64,000 bases of DNA, taken from NCBI GenBank assembly GCA_951406725.2, contig OX597828.1:57536001-57600000 (forward strand), in the 5' to 3' direction. A model generated the notes under the pieces. That model saw only the letters and a program-made list of their open reading frames with translations, was not told the DNA's origin and did no database searches. Positions 13,211 to 26,418 of this stretch are shown in pieces; positions within the stretch are counted from its first letter, which is position 1, and each line of letters starts with the position of its first letter. Made by a program: the position numbers and the translations under genes. Origin of the DNA: Octopus vulgaris (taxonomy: Eukaryota).

Positions 13211-13704
13211 CTTTCATTTATGTTTTCAAGTATGCTACTAAGTACAATAGCTAATGTTGTATGCGCATGTGTTTCCATGTTTATGTGTGCATGTTTGTGA
13301 GTGTGTAAGTGTATATGAATGCGTGTGTATGTATGTGTGTGTAACCGCAACTTTGTGCGCGTACCCCGTTAAATGTGTCTATTGGAAAACAGTTAAAAAG
13401 TTGTCTACAAAACGAGAAGATTGCTTACACTTAGAAAACGAGAAAATTACTCAGATAACTGTAAGTACTGTACGAATTTTGTTCTACGCACTAAGTTGAT
13501 AAGGTCGCTGAGGAAAAAGCAGTTTGACAATCGTGCTTATATATTCCGAGAAGAATACAATTAACTTATTGCATAATGTAGAAAAGAAAAATGTCGCAAG
13601 ATTATTGTGGAGTCAGGACATCATATTTATAGAGAAAAAGTGCAAACACACGTTTGAAAGTCCTTATAATCCTTCAAGGGTAAGGTACAAGGTGCATTGA
13701 TATA

Positions 13705-14857
13705 TCAGGTCATCCCATAAGTTCTGTTCGATTTTATCTCTTTTAAAATTGAATGAAATTTAATAGTAATTTAGAATGTCTAATGGAATTAAGAATTGTT
13801 TTTATGCTTTTGTGTACATTTAAGCTAATTAAATATTATTTTACAAAATAAAAGAATTAAAATTTCTTTGATTAAAACCCTTTCTAACATGGAAGTATCC
13901 AAAGAGCATTTGAGGCATATAATGCTTTATGATTACAAAAAAAAAGGAAACTCTGCAGCCGAAGAGACTCGAAACATATACTCAGTTTATGGGAAAGAAA
14001 GCTTGAATGAAACAGTTGAAGATTTGGCAATAAATCTTAATTCAAACCATACAACTGTTCATCGTTCTCTTCAACAACTTAGAAAGTTTCCTAAACTTGG
14101 AAAATGGAAAATGTGTTCCTCATGAAATGTCCGAAAGCAACCGCAAATCGCAAGTTGGCACCTGCTCTTCTCTCCATTATCGCGAACTCATTTCACACTT
14201 TTTGGATAGATTTGCGACTAGTGACGAACAATGGATCTTCTATTGAAATGATAAATGTCGTAAACAGTGGCTTGGTATAAGAGTAAAAGCTCAACCACAA
14301 CCAAGAAAGGAACGTCATGGGAAAAAAGTCTCTTCTCTCTATCTGGTGGGATTGCAATATAGTAATTCACTTTGAATTGTTACCATCTAATGCAACAATC
14401 AATACCCAAGTCTACTGTCAGCAATTATAGCGTTTGAAGAAAAAAGACCCGCTTTAGTGAATCAAAAAGGAATGATGTTTCATCAGGACAATGCGCCACC
14501 CCACACTGCAAAGATTACATCACAGAAGATCGAAGAGCTTGCTTGGGAAAAACTTCCTCATCCACATTATTCTCCCGACCTTGTTCCTTCAGACTACCAT
14601 TTCTTTCTTGGTATACAAAATCATTTGGGGAACATAATTTTCGCAAGCCAGGAGGATATGAAACTGAGATTTCAGAGTTCTTCGCTTTGAAACAAAAAGA
14701 GTTTTACATTGATGGGATTAAAAAGCTTGTAAATATATGGAAGGAAGTCATAGAAAATCAGTGAAAACACATTGATGATTAAATTTCAATTAAATATGAC
14801 ATTTGATCACTTGTTATCTTTATTCAAAATTCGGACAGAACTTATGGGACGACATGA
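13705..14857 (+). mobile_element. Mariner (DD34D) transposon, defective, with TIRs and TA duplication
   Basis: TIRs tcaggtcatcccataagttctgttcga / tcggacagaacttatgggacgacatga flanked by TA. Transposase from ATG 13889: MEVSKEHLRHIMLY..., TSDEQW, HQDNAPPH, YSPDLVPSDYHFF. Frameshifts and an internal deletion. Confidence 0.95.
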
Positions 14858-14930
14858 TATTTACTGTGTCTATATATATGTATGTATGTATGTATGTGTG
14901 TGTGTGTGTGTGTGTGTAAAAAACACTGCA

Positions 14931-14976
<46 letters not shown>

Positions 14977-15347
14977 TAGAGAAAGATTGAGATATTGTAT
15001 GTAATCGTATATGCAGAGTTGGTTGACGCAAAGGAAAAAAAATATTTCATTTGTCATATTTCATAATGGTGTTATTATAGTGGTCAGCATATATAAAAAT
15101 ATGACCGATGGTCAGTGGCAATAACATAAGTTGTTTAATAATTCTACAGAGATGAAGATATTAGCGACGATTCCCCACCAAAAACAAATATTGGATCTTT
15201 TATATAATCCTCTCTGAAATTGTTTCACAGTTCCTTAATAATGCATTCTCACATTCTTACATAAATTTGGATATATATGCATATGTGTGTGCGCATGTCT
15301 GTGCGTGTGTGTGTCTTCATGTTTGTATGTATATATCTATACAACTA

Positions 15348-15391
<44 letters not shown>

Positions 15392-15481
15392 TGCATATTT
15401 ATGCAAAAATACACACACATATATACACATATATATATATATATATATATACATGTATATATATATATACATATCTATCTA

Positions 15482-15549
<68 letters not shown>

Positions 15550-15876
15550 CACATATGTATATATCTACGTATGTATATATGTATGTATGTTTGTATGTAT
15601 ACGTCTACATGATGATAACACTTATTTCGGCGCCATTCAAATTGTTCGCTCCATTCAGCTGCGTGGAATACGCACACTCACTTACACGCACACGCACACG
15701 CACACACACAGACACACAGACACACAGACCGACAGACACACACACGCACACATATGTATTTATATATATATATATATCAATGCCATTTGTTTCGTGCTCA
15801 TCCGTATTTTCTCATATGTATTTCCTTCCGTATGCAGGAAGATAGCTGAGTTTGTAAAAGAAATATTTAATTTTAC

Positions 15877-15956
15877 CATATCATATAATTCGCTCTTTAT
15901 TGTGCTGAACTTTCTTGAACCACCCCGAACGCGGCTCAATGCTAATAACATTTCTT
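15877..15956 (-). CDS. Putative exon (80 nt): (E)EMLLALSRVRGGSRKFSTIKSELYDM or (G)RNVISIEPRSGWFKKVQHNKERII*
   Basis: Acceptor gatttattacag, donor gtaaaa. Non-repetitive and phase-compatible with 27485-27599. Confidence 0.55.
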
Positions 15957-16101
15957 CTGTAATAAATCAACAGATAGAGAGATATTAGCCAACATTCCAA
16001 ATGAATGCTGTAGATATTAAAAGTTACATGTAATATCTTTGATGCACATATAATTTCGAATACATAGACTCATAAAAAATATAGTAAGCGTATACTTATT
16101 C

Positions 16102-16228
16102 AGAGGCGTGATTCTGCGGAAAGAAATTTGTTTTCAAATCACAGGTTTAGAGTTTCGGTCCCAGTGCATGGCGCGATGAGTGAATGTCTCCTATTATATC
16201 TCCGGTCTGACCAAATCCTTGTGATTTG
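16102..16228 (+). mobile_element. Old SINE family A head
   Basis: Degenerate ggtcccagtgcatggc...ctgaccaaatccttgtga. Confidence 0.55.
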
Positions 16229-16937
16229 AAGTGATACAAATATATAGACGCACATACACATATATAGAGACATATATTATAATCTTAACAAGAAATTTAG
16301 ATAATAATAATGATAATAATGAAATTATTCTATACAGTGTGTTGTACATGTGTTGTATATATGTGTGTGTGTATGATGTGCCAAGTGTTGCCTGACAGCA
16401 TTAAAAATATATAATATATTGTTTGTATAAAAATCAATAATAATAATGGGTTTTGTTGGTTGATGATGATATATAAATGGTAAAATGTATCAATTATATT
16501 CTTAATTAATGATGTGGGATGAGCTAAATTGGAAAGATACGGAAATTAAGAATATAAAAGAAAGATATTACAGAATATGTTCCGTGGAGTTTGAAGTAAT
16601 GATTATAAAATAGGGATGAGAATGCAACACGGTTTGTATAAAAGCTGTCGTGATTTCGAGAAAGATAATACTATACTACCCTTAACAGCATTAATAAATT
16701 ATATGTCCTATATATCATATTAAAAGCAGAGAATAATGTAAGATTAATGATATGAAAAGAAAGTAGCCAATTAGAAATTATTTACAAATTAAGGAAAGAG
16801 ACACAATTATGCTTGATAGAGTTTCTCATATGGTATGATTTTAAACTAATGATGATGATTATAATTTCTAATGTTGTAAATATGTGCAACATGGTACAGA
16901 TAAAATACACTACAATTATTATTTTTAAAGAATATTA

Positions 16938-17049
16938 CTAGGCTGAGGAAAAAATTCGTGCGCCGTGAGTAACTACTGAACATGAAATATGTATAAAGAA
17001 AAAAAAAGCATTATTTTAGCCCGGCGCACGAACTTCCTTCTCGACCTAA
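16938..17049. mobile_element. 112-bp mariner-type MITE
   Basis: TIRs ctaggctgaggaaaaaattcgtgcgccg / cggcgcacgaacttccttctcgacctaa, with TA on both sides. Confidence 0.75.
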
Positions 17050-17904
17050 TAAAACCACAGGAGGATTTGAAATTACGAAGATAGCAGAAGTATAAAGGAT
17101 AAACGATAATCAGTCCAGTGGCGATAATAATTGATAATAGTTGGTGAGGAGCTGGAGAAGGAGGACGAAGTGGTGGTGGTGGTGGTATGGCAGGGGGAGG
17201 AGGAGGGAATGAGAAGGAGGTGGGGGAGAAAGAAGAAGAAGAAGAAGAAGAAGAAGAAGAAGAAGAAGAAGAAGAAATAATCTCTATAGCGGTTTGGTAT
17301 ACGAGTCAAGAAGAAAGACGAGTGAAAAAGCAGCTTATTCCATTGATGTTAACAAAAACATGGACCTGCCCCCATTATCATTGGTAATATCGCCACTAGA
17401 ACAAAGAATGTGTCGCAGACAAAACATTAGAATATTAAATATTAAACTGGGAGTGGATGAACCGCAGAAAAAAAAGCATTATGTTCAATCAATAATTATG
17501 ATCTGGAACGTCTTCGTTCAAGGAAATATAGATATAAACATCATGCATCTTGATGGTAGAGCACTTGACGCGTTATCACAGGAATGTGAGTTCCAGTCTA
17601 ATGGCTGGCCGCCATGAGTGTGTATGTATGTGTTTGTGGGTGTGTGTGTGTGAATGAGTGTCTATGTCTTAAGTCTGATGAGCTTGCAGCTAACTGTAAT
17701 CATAGAGTACTTTCTCTTCCTCAGTCCTTCGCATTTCATCTCATTTTCATCCATAGGAATCTGGCAATTTTACACTCTTAACAAATCAAATCTTAGCAGG
17801 GCAAAATTTTTTACTACATATTTGTTGCGGATAATTAATTTCTGCTATCATTGGATTTACCTTTAATTTAAGATGCCTGGACAGAACCTATCCAGTGGGA
17901 ACTG

Positions 17905-18205
17905 AAGACAGTAAAGCGAAAAGGAAACATAAAGGGATGACACTGGTGATAAAATTTTGTTTTAAAAGGAGTTTGATGCGGTAGAAAAGTTATATTGCCA
18001 AAACATTTAAATCTTGAAACATTTACAGTAGAAACAATATGTGACAACAAAGAAAAACTTATGTCAAGTGTTCAGGAGGCTACCATGTTAACTGTCCGAA
18101 CCTTATTCTTCCATAGAGCCGATGTTATGTGTAAAATGAAATGATTCTTGCGTGTATGGATAGAAGATCAGAATCGGCGTATGCGCCTATAGATATGATG
18201 ATAAG
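17905..18205 (+). pseudogene. Tigger/pogo transposase N-terminal (CENP-B-like HTH) remnant
   Basis: KRKHKGMTLVIK..HLNLETFTVETICDNKEKLMSSVQEAT..DVMCKMK*FLRVWIEDQNRR. Confidence 0.7.
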
Positions 18206-19599
18206 CTCCTAGGGGGTTGTCGGAGAACTGTTTAGCTGCGACTTCTAGCTCACTGAGTGGGTAGCCATGGGATATCTCACACAATTAAACAGTAAAAATT
18301 ATATGTCTGTCATAATAATATATAAGCCATCTCCTAACGTATATGGTAACACAATAATCATTGTTGCATTATAATTAGAAAATTCGATGAAATCCCCCCC
18401 TCGGTGCCTAATAAATCAGATAGTTATTTTCACCACAAATTGTCATTTGTGCAACAGTATAATCTAATCCATTTGTAGCACTCGCCTTCACAATAGAAAT
18501 CTGTTATACGCTATATAGCGCAACCTATAATTTGATCAATTTTTCCAATATCAATGATACAAATACGATATTTAGTCCCTCTTGTTTTTGAATATTTCTC
18601 GCAGATGTAACTCCTTGACTATATGAGCATGCCAAAATAAAAATAATAATAATAAATAAATCTGCTAATTTCCAAAATTTGTATCATTCTAAGGATAGTC
18701 TCCAAATTTGTTCTATTCTTTGATAACCTTGTGTACAATATTTTGACTTGATTTCTATAGATAAATGCACCGGAAACGTAGTTTGAATGTAACAATACAA
18801 CTAAAGTTATTTCATATTTCTGAAAGTTCTTGGTCGCTTTAAGATAACGTCTTCCTTTCTTTTTCCAGTAGAGAATTTGACATAATTTTTTGCGTCCAAG
18901 TTTATATTTTTATCGTTTTACTTATGGTATGTTACTTCAGTGAAACACTTTATCTATTGTATCGCAATTATAAAATGTCCCTGACATTCAATATTAATAT
19001 TGTTTCTATATCAAGAGATGAAGTGGCTTTCACTGATCGTCTGAGTAGCTATATGTATATATGTGTTAACAGCTTCACTATTCGGTATGTAAATATTTCT
19101 ATTCTGCTCCTCCTCCTAAATACCTTCGACTATACGTAAGTCTATTGTGCAATGTGTTTTTCAAGTGGCTGCAAATATATATTTCGTTCAAGGATCCTTC
19201 GAAGTTCTATAGAGTATTGTTTCTGTTATCTAGCCTCAAGCTGTTCTTGATTGTGTAGGTCTGTGACCAAGAGGGCGGCCAAGTTGTAATTATATAATTG
19301 TTGGAATGGATATATGATATCAGAAAAAATACATTTCATTGACGCCGTCTAAGGTAGTAGGTTTTCATTTGATAATGGTTTTATTGTTATTTCTACCAGG
19401 ACTCATTTTGTGCAACTATGAAACAAATTGAGTCATGAATAACAGTTGATCCGGCCATTTAAATTATATGCGCAGGTTAATGAAGCTTTACCAGAGACAA
19501 TATTTATAGGAGACTGAAGTACGAACAAATATACTTTCATTTTCTTCCTGATTATTGGCAGTGAGGAGTCATAGTAATCGGTTTAACGTTTATGTTTAT

Positions 19600-19765
19600 A
19601 GAGAAAGGTATTGCTGTCCAATTATAGATTTTTTATAAAACTGCAACACGCCTAGTAACAAACTGGACGCTGATTTAACATGTGTGCCGAGTTTCATGAA
19701 GATTCGTTTACGGGTGTAGAGGGCAACTTGACACAAAGAAACAGAAAACCAAACATATTGCCCTT

Positions 19766-19772
<7 letters not shown>
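19600..19772 (-). mobile_element. Helitron-like 5' fragment
   Basis: tgtgtgccgagtttcatgaagattcg resembles the block tgtgtgtcaagtttcatcagaatcgg of 8902-9277. Confidence 0.5.
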
Positions 19773-19803
<31 letters not shown>

Positions 19804-20354
19804 ATATATATATATATAGTGCTGAGAAAAGCACGTGTGTGGTTATATAACCAAAAATGTAACTGACCGAAAGCTGGAGAGAGAGAATATATTTCTTTTT
19901 GGGAGAAGAATGCAAAAGAACCACATTGTGTGTATGACTTCGTGTGTGAGAGTATGTGTGGGGGATATTGGTGTATGCAGAGTGGACATACAGTATCTAT
20001 ATATGTTTGAGGGTGTGCATGTGACCGTTTGTGGCTTGCGAGTAGTCAGTTTGTATATTAGGGTGTTGCGGTTGAATGTCTGTGTGAGGTTTCTATCAAT
20101 TGTTGAATAAGCTCCTATAGAGCGCAAAATGTCCCGAGATTTATCCTGCATATTTATTAATGTAAATTGATATTTAGCAACTAATAACATTTGTAATTTA
20201 TAATTTTCAATTTACTCCGTAAGCGATTCTTTGTTTGGCATTTTAAACCTATATAAATTATAATGCATCAATGATTCAATATGGCTTTAATTGGCTAACA
20301 ATATTGATTTTTAGATTTCCTGTGTGTAATATTCTGAAAACTAAATAAACTAAT

Positions 20355-20400
<46 letters not shown>

Positions 20401-20435
20401 AGAGTTTACGAAAACAACAAAAGACGAAGACAGGT

Positions 20436-20470
<35 letters not shown>

Positions 20471-21074
20471 GTATATATATATATGATACCTGTCGAATCA
20501 TATATATATCATATATATATATATATGATTTTCCATCATGACACTTTCAATTATTCCAACAATATCTATGTTCTATTTGTTATCTAATTATCTCAAATAT
20601 GCAAGTTATTTGAAAACTGATGAAGCAACGTTAACTGTAGATTGGTATGTGGAGTTAACTAAATGATAAGCGTTATTAGAATACTATTATTTTCCAAAAA
20701 TAATGAATGCTATTCCGAAAGTTTTCCTTATCTCATTAGTTATAACACCTGTAATATTTCCTCGTGCAATTTTATTAACTGCTGTGATTAACTCAGCATG
20801 TATTGCATGTATTGAAATAATCAATGTCAGAAGAATAGAGGTATAGACATACATCTGAGATGAAGCAGATGAAGAAATCTACTGCGTCCTTAAGATGGTT
20901 CATTTCCTGCACAGTGGAGTAAGATCGACCCCTACCCACCCACCCCCACACACACACATCTTGGCATCTAGATATAGAACTTCTGCGATATTCTGGATTT
21001 GAAAATTATGCTGTAATAAAATATTAGTTATCGGGAACTGCCAACTGTCCAGTCACACACACACACACACACAT

Positions 21075-21145
<71 letters not shown>

Positions 21146-21742
21146 TACATACACTCGCACGTGCGCGCAAATAATTGTACGTCAGTGTATCAAGCATGGC
21201 TGCTGTTTAATGACTAAAAACAGTAAATTTAAAGGACATATATATGTATATATATATCATTTTATGTGCCGGATTTAGTGCTACGGCGTATGAGGAACAG
21301 AGTACCTGACCAAATACATACATTAGCTATTCAATTATAAACACGGATTGTATAAAGATCTCGGATAGCTCAGTAATTCATGAATAAAATTTATTAGTCA
21401 ATACATCAAATACAGATAGCGTCATATTAAGATGAGACCGAAAATTCTAATAAGATGACAGTTGCAATACAACTTAATCTCGAAGGCAACTGACATTGTA
21501 TGTAAAGAGATCATTAACTCTGTAAATAAAAGAGATGGAATAGTGTTGCAGCTGTTTTGATTGTAAATCGGCTGCATCGAACTTAAAATTGCAAACGTGT
21601 CGTAGCCTTCCGGTGTAATTTTTCATCAGTTATATACGACTGTTTCGTTAAAAGTACAAAATACTATTTTCAAGTGATTACTATAATGCATGTCCATATG
21701 TACACGATGGAAAGAAAATAGAGCAGACGACATCTTTCATCA

Positions 21743-21812
<70 letters not shown>

Positions 21813-21846
21813 GTATGTATGTGTATATATATATGTATGTATTTAA

Positions 21847-21899
<53 letters not shown>

Positions 21900-22103
21900 A
21901 GTAGTTGAATGAATTATCTTATTAAGGATAATTCGAAAGATAACCGATACCTGGGTAGCAAATTCACATCAAAAAGAACACGGTTGAAGTTACGTCCCTA
22001 GGGCATAGACTACGTGCTTTCGTGCGGAAATTTGTATGTTTATTTTAAAAATATAAGTTTATGAAAGAATGGAGTTGAACGACTTGTTAACAAATTTCCT
22101 TTA

Positions 22104-22184
22104 TTTCGACATATGTTTCGAAGGCTGCATATTCCTAATTCCTAAGGAATAAGGAGTACATTATGCAGATTTCTCATCAGGAAA
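22104..22184 (-). ncRNA. Type I hammerhead ribozyme motif (mirror copy)
   Basis: Minus strand: tttc-CTGATGA-gaaatctgcata..tatgcagccttc-GAAA-catatGTC-gaaa. Confidence 0.75.
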
Positions 22185-22373
22185 GGCAAGGAACTTATGT
22201 CGACATCAAAATGCACAAAAAACGTTTAGCTGACTGCTCTCAAGGAGCCCATGGCGATAATGAGTGTCTGTTTATAAGGAGTGACGTCAGACACTCATTA
22301 TTGCCATGGGCTCCTTGAGAGCAGTCAGCTAAACGTTTTTTGTGCATTTTGATGTCGATATAAGTTCCTTGCC

Positions 22374-22454
22374 TTTCCTGATGAGAAATATGCATAACGT
22401 ACTCCTTATTCCTTCGGAATTAGGAATATGCAGCCTTCGAAACATATGTCGAAA
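22374..22454 (+). ncRNA. Type I hammerhead ribozyme motif
   Basis: Stem I tttc/gaaa; core CTGATGA 22378-22384; long stem II; GAAA 22439-22442; palindromic stem III ACATATGT; GUC cleavage triplet ending at 22450. Confidence 0.75.
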
Positions 22455-22496
22455 ATAACGGAAATTTGTTAACAAGTCGTTCAACTCCATTCTTTC

Positions 22497-22580
<84 letters not shown>

Positions 22581-22583
<3 letters not shown>

Positions 22584-22703
22584 AAATACAAAATGGGACA
22601 AGAACGCAAAACATTCAAATAGATGATACAAAAATACGGACGGGTCATTCGAAGCCTCTAATCCTCACCTCAGTCAAGAACCGGATCATCCTCGCAATTT
22701 CGG

Positions 22704-22707
<4 letters not shown>
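22581..22707 (-). mobile_element. Putative PLE 3'-end fragment between microsatellites
   Basis: T/G-rich tail on the minus strand starting ccgaaattg; same layout as 2862-3150. Confidence 0.4.
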
Positions 22708-22762
<55 letters not shown>

Positions 22763-22811
22763 CCGCACCTACATATACATAGATATATAAATAATAATGT
22801 ATATACATATA

Positions 22812-22875
<64 letters not shown>

Positions 22876-22889
22876 CTTATATATGCATA

Positions 22890-24060
22890 TAGGTACACGC
22901 ATAAATCTGACCAAATTGTTTATAAAAGAGTTGCTTCATGTATGGGTGAAAGGCGTTGGCGTGCATAATAATTGAAATTGTATTTAAGAAAAAAAGCAGC
23001 TGACATGGAGGTATGGAAGCTATCTGAATGTTGGAAGATAGTTACCTGAATAATGGGGATTCGCGCCGGGTATCAAAGTGCCAACACCATGACTGCTACT
23101 CAATGCTCTATAAACTCAGTAAAACAGTAATATGCAATATGGGCAGCAGTACGGAGACTACAAAGCCGTGGTCGGCGGGAAAGGCTACAGAAATATTTCT
23201 GACTGCTTTAATCAACCTGGAGTTGATGCAACAATAGCAAGATAGGATGATTTAAGAACCGAGCAAGGAAATCCGGGCTTTCGTGAGAAAGATTAGTGTT
23301 GAAATCACCACTATGTTTCCGGCCCTGAATGACAATGTTCGCTACTAATCGTACAAGAGTCTTTCAACGGGATGGAGCATCCTGGTGATCCAGAGGTTAT
23401 CGGGTCCTTATCAGATGAGAATAATTTATGTCAAGAGCAGTTACACAAGTCCCAGAAAAACGGATAGCATGCCTACAAGTCCTTTGATGGCCGACATATC
23501 ATGAAAACTAAGTTTCCCGAGTGAGGGTGATGTCATGCCACTCCACACTCTTGAACAGGGACTGAGGCTCAATTCAGACGGTTACGTGAAGCTACTAAAG
23601 AATGTGGCTTAACTGACTGGAGAGGGTTGCTGCCGGAATCCCCTATGTGAAGCAGCAGAACTTGGCACTTTGCCATACAAATCCCAGGAAATAGTCAATC
23701 GTGGCTGTCAGAGAATTTCTAAGACTTCACTCGACCTAATGTCTGGTAATTCCATCGATTACTTCGTGTCGGACTCGGTTGCGAATGGCAACAGCCGCTT
23801 TACCTGCAACAGTGGACAACATAATGGACGTGTTCAAAGATCTTCGTAGGGACACAGCGAGGAAGGCTTGCGCCATGTTCCGGAGCCCTCTTGAGGTTTT
23901 AGTGGAAGGAAATGGCGGCTATTTTGAGAAAACTATTATGTGTCAGTCATAATCTAGTTGATTAATTTTATTTTTTATTCAAATATATTTTTATTTAGAA
24001 TATGATATTATACTATATTTTCCTTTTATGCAAACTATCAAATTTAACCTGGACCGTCGT
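22890..24060 (+). mobile_element. maT/DD37D-like Tc1-mariner transposon, degenerate
   Basis: MKTKFP..SEGDVMPLHTLEQGLRLNSDGYVKLLKNV..ERVAAGIPYVKQQNLALCHT..WLSENF..DYFV..LEVLVEGNGGYFE. Confidence 0.85.
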
Positions 24061-24069
24061 ATATATATA

Positions 24070-24278
24070 TTTCTTTTCTTATACTTGTTTCAGTCATTTG
24101 ACTGCAGCCATGCTGGAGCACCGCCTTTAGTCGAGCAAATCTACCCCGGGACTTATTCTTTGTAAGCCCAGTACTTATTCTATCGGTCTCTTTTTTGCCA
24201 AACAACTAAGTGACGGGGACGTAAACACACCAGCATCGGTTGTCAAGTAATGCTAGGGGGACAAACACAGACACACAA

Positions 24279-24314
<36 letters not shown>

Positions 24315-24558
24315 TAATAAATGAAATAAAACATATGCATATATATAAACATATATGTACGTACCTACCTCTACATGTACATATACACGCTTATATGAGT
24401 ACAGGACACCAAAGGGACGTCGAACACAAAGAGAAACGAAAACATAGACACAAACCAAAGGAACTGGACATTTTTTTAAAAACAACAAAAAATAGAGTAC
24501 AGGACAATTAACACAAAGAAAAAAAACCTTCTTCAGTCGCTATGGTTTCATCTACTCT

Positions 24559-24609
<51 letters not shown>

Positions 24610-24757
24610 GACGGTCTTTCAGTTATCTCCAACCAAATCCGATTACAAGGATTTGGTTGGCTCTAGGCTATAGTAGAAAGCTTTTACCCACTGAGCCTGA
24701 GCCCTGAACCAAGTGGCTGGGAAGCAATCTTCTTATCACCCACCCATGCCAGTGCCT
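24070..24757 (-). mobile_element. SINE family A halves with a PLE-end fragment (24313-24560) in the intervening (TA)n
   Basis: 3' half 24070-24295, degenerate 5' half 24608-24757. The insert matches 2862-3080. Confidence 0.8.
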
Positions 24758-24789
24758 ACATATACATGTATATATGCATATATATGTAT

Positions 24790-25221
<432 letters not shown>

Positions 25222-26186
25222 ATATGCATATATATGTATGGTCACACATACATATATAGATAGACAGGCATGTAGAACAGACAGACAGTCATACGGCATA
25301 CTTAACAAGGTAGTTGCTTGGTAAAACAAATACAGAGGTTGAACCGCTGTACAATGCAAAATTATTAGATGAAAAGTTCTCGTACAGGTTTATAGAATTA
25401 TCGTTTAACTTTTGCGTTTGTTTTCAACTTGCATATTTACATTGACAGAGATACTCGTCACTTACTTCTATAAACTATCTTAATCATTTGCTTGTGACAC
25501 TGGAACTGTGCAAAAGTGTTATATATCTTGATTAATGGTTTTAAAACAATTTCATTAAATTTTGTCACACAGTATTCCCTTACGAAGAAAATATTTTATT
25601 ATTTACATTTTGCGAATAATTCATACATCACAATATTTCGTTACCGAAAGGAAGTGAATTTCGGCAACCTCCTGCTGTTATATATATGAATGTTGGCAAC
25701 ATGTTAAAACTAATTTATTAACGATGTTTCTTTAGGAATCCGCTTCATCCTTCCAGATTTCAAATCTCATATTATCAGTTGGGTGTCTTTTACATATAGC
25801 TCTACCTAATATAAAAAGCTGACTGCGCAAATTAACAGGATATATATACACACATGGAAAAAATGAGATAGAGTAATATGTAAAATGCTTCCGACCGACG
25901 ATGACTCTGTAGAAAGCAGGAACAAAGTTATTACCTGCAAAGAAAACCAGCTACAAGAAAGCCTCCGCAAATCTACCACGAAAGTAATCTAAGTATTACA
26001 TACTGGTTCTTTAAAATTCCGATTGTAAGACAATATCCGTAAAATCTACGAAAACAATCATTCTAATGGACGTATGAGTCACTCATCCATTAAGCCGCAG
26101 GTTTGTCGCTATACTTGAGAGCTATATTTACTCAGAACATAATCTGCTTTGAATTGTTGCTAAATATTTCATAGTATTTCCTCTAA

Positions 26187-26418
26187 AAGCGGCGAGCTGG
26201 CAGAAACGTTAACATGCCGGGCGAAATGCGTAGCCGTATTTCGTCTGCCGTTACGTTCTGAGTTCAAATTACGCCGAGGTAGACTTTGCCTTTCATCCTT
26301 TTGGGGTCGATAAATTAAGTACCAATTACGCGCTGCGATCGATGTAATCGACTTAATCCCTTTGTCTGTCCTTGTTTGTCCCGTTTATGTTTAGCCCCTT
26401 GTGGGCAATAAAGAAATA
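26187..26418 (+). mobile_element. SINE family C with about 14-bp TSD
   Basis: gcggcgagctggcagaaacg..gagttcaaat..gcctttcatcctttggggtcgataaattaagtacc..taaagaaata; TSD agtatttcctctaa / agtatctactctaa. Confidence 0.9.

Larger units (their letters stand above)
21898..22501 (-). mobile_element. Fold-back PLE-terminus element with hammerhead ribozymes, flanked by (TA)n
   Basis: Arms 22058-22270 and 22288-22501 are near-perfect reverse complements with a 17-nt loop. Unique tail 21898-22057. Homologous to 54643-55175. Confidence 0.8.

Noticed and set aside
20856-20909. 54-nt minus-strand exon-like segment (EMNHLKDAVDFFICFISD)
   Set aside because: Open only in phase 0, which is incompatible with the flanking candidate exons; likely chance splice sites.
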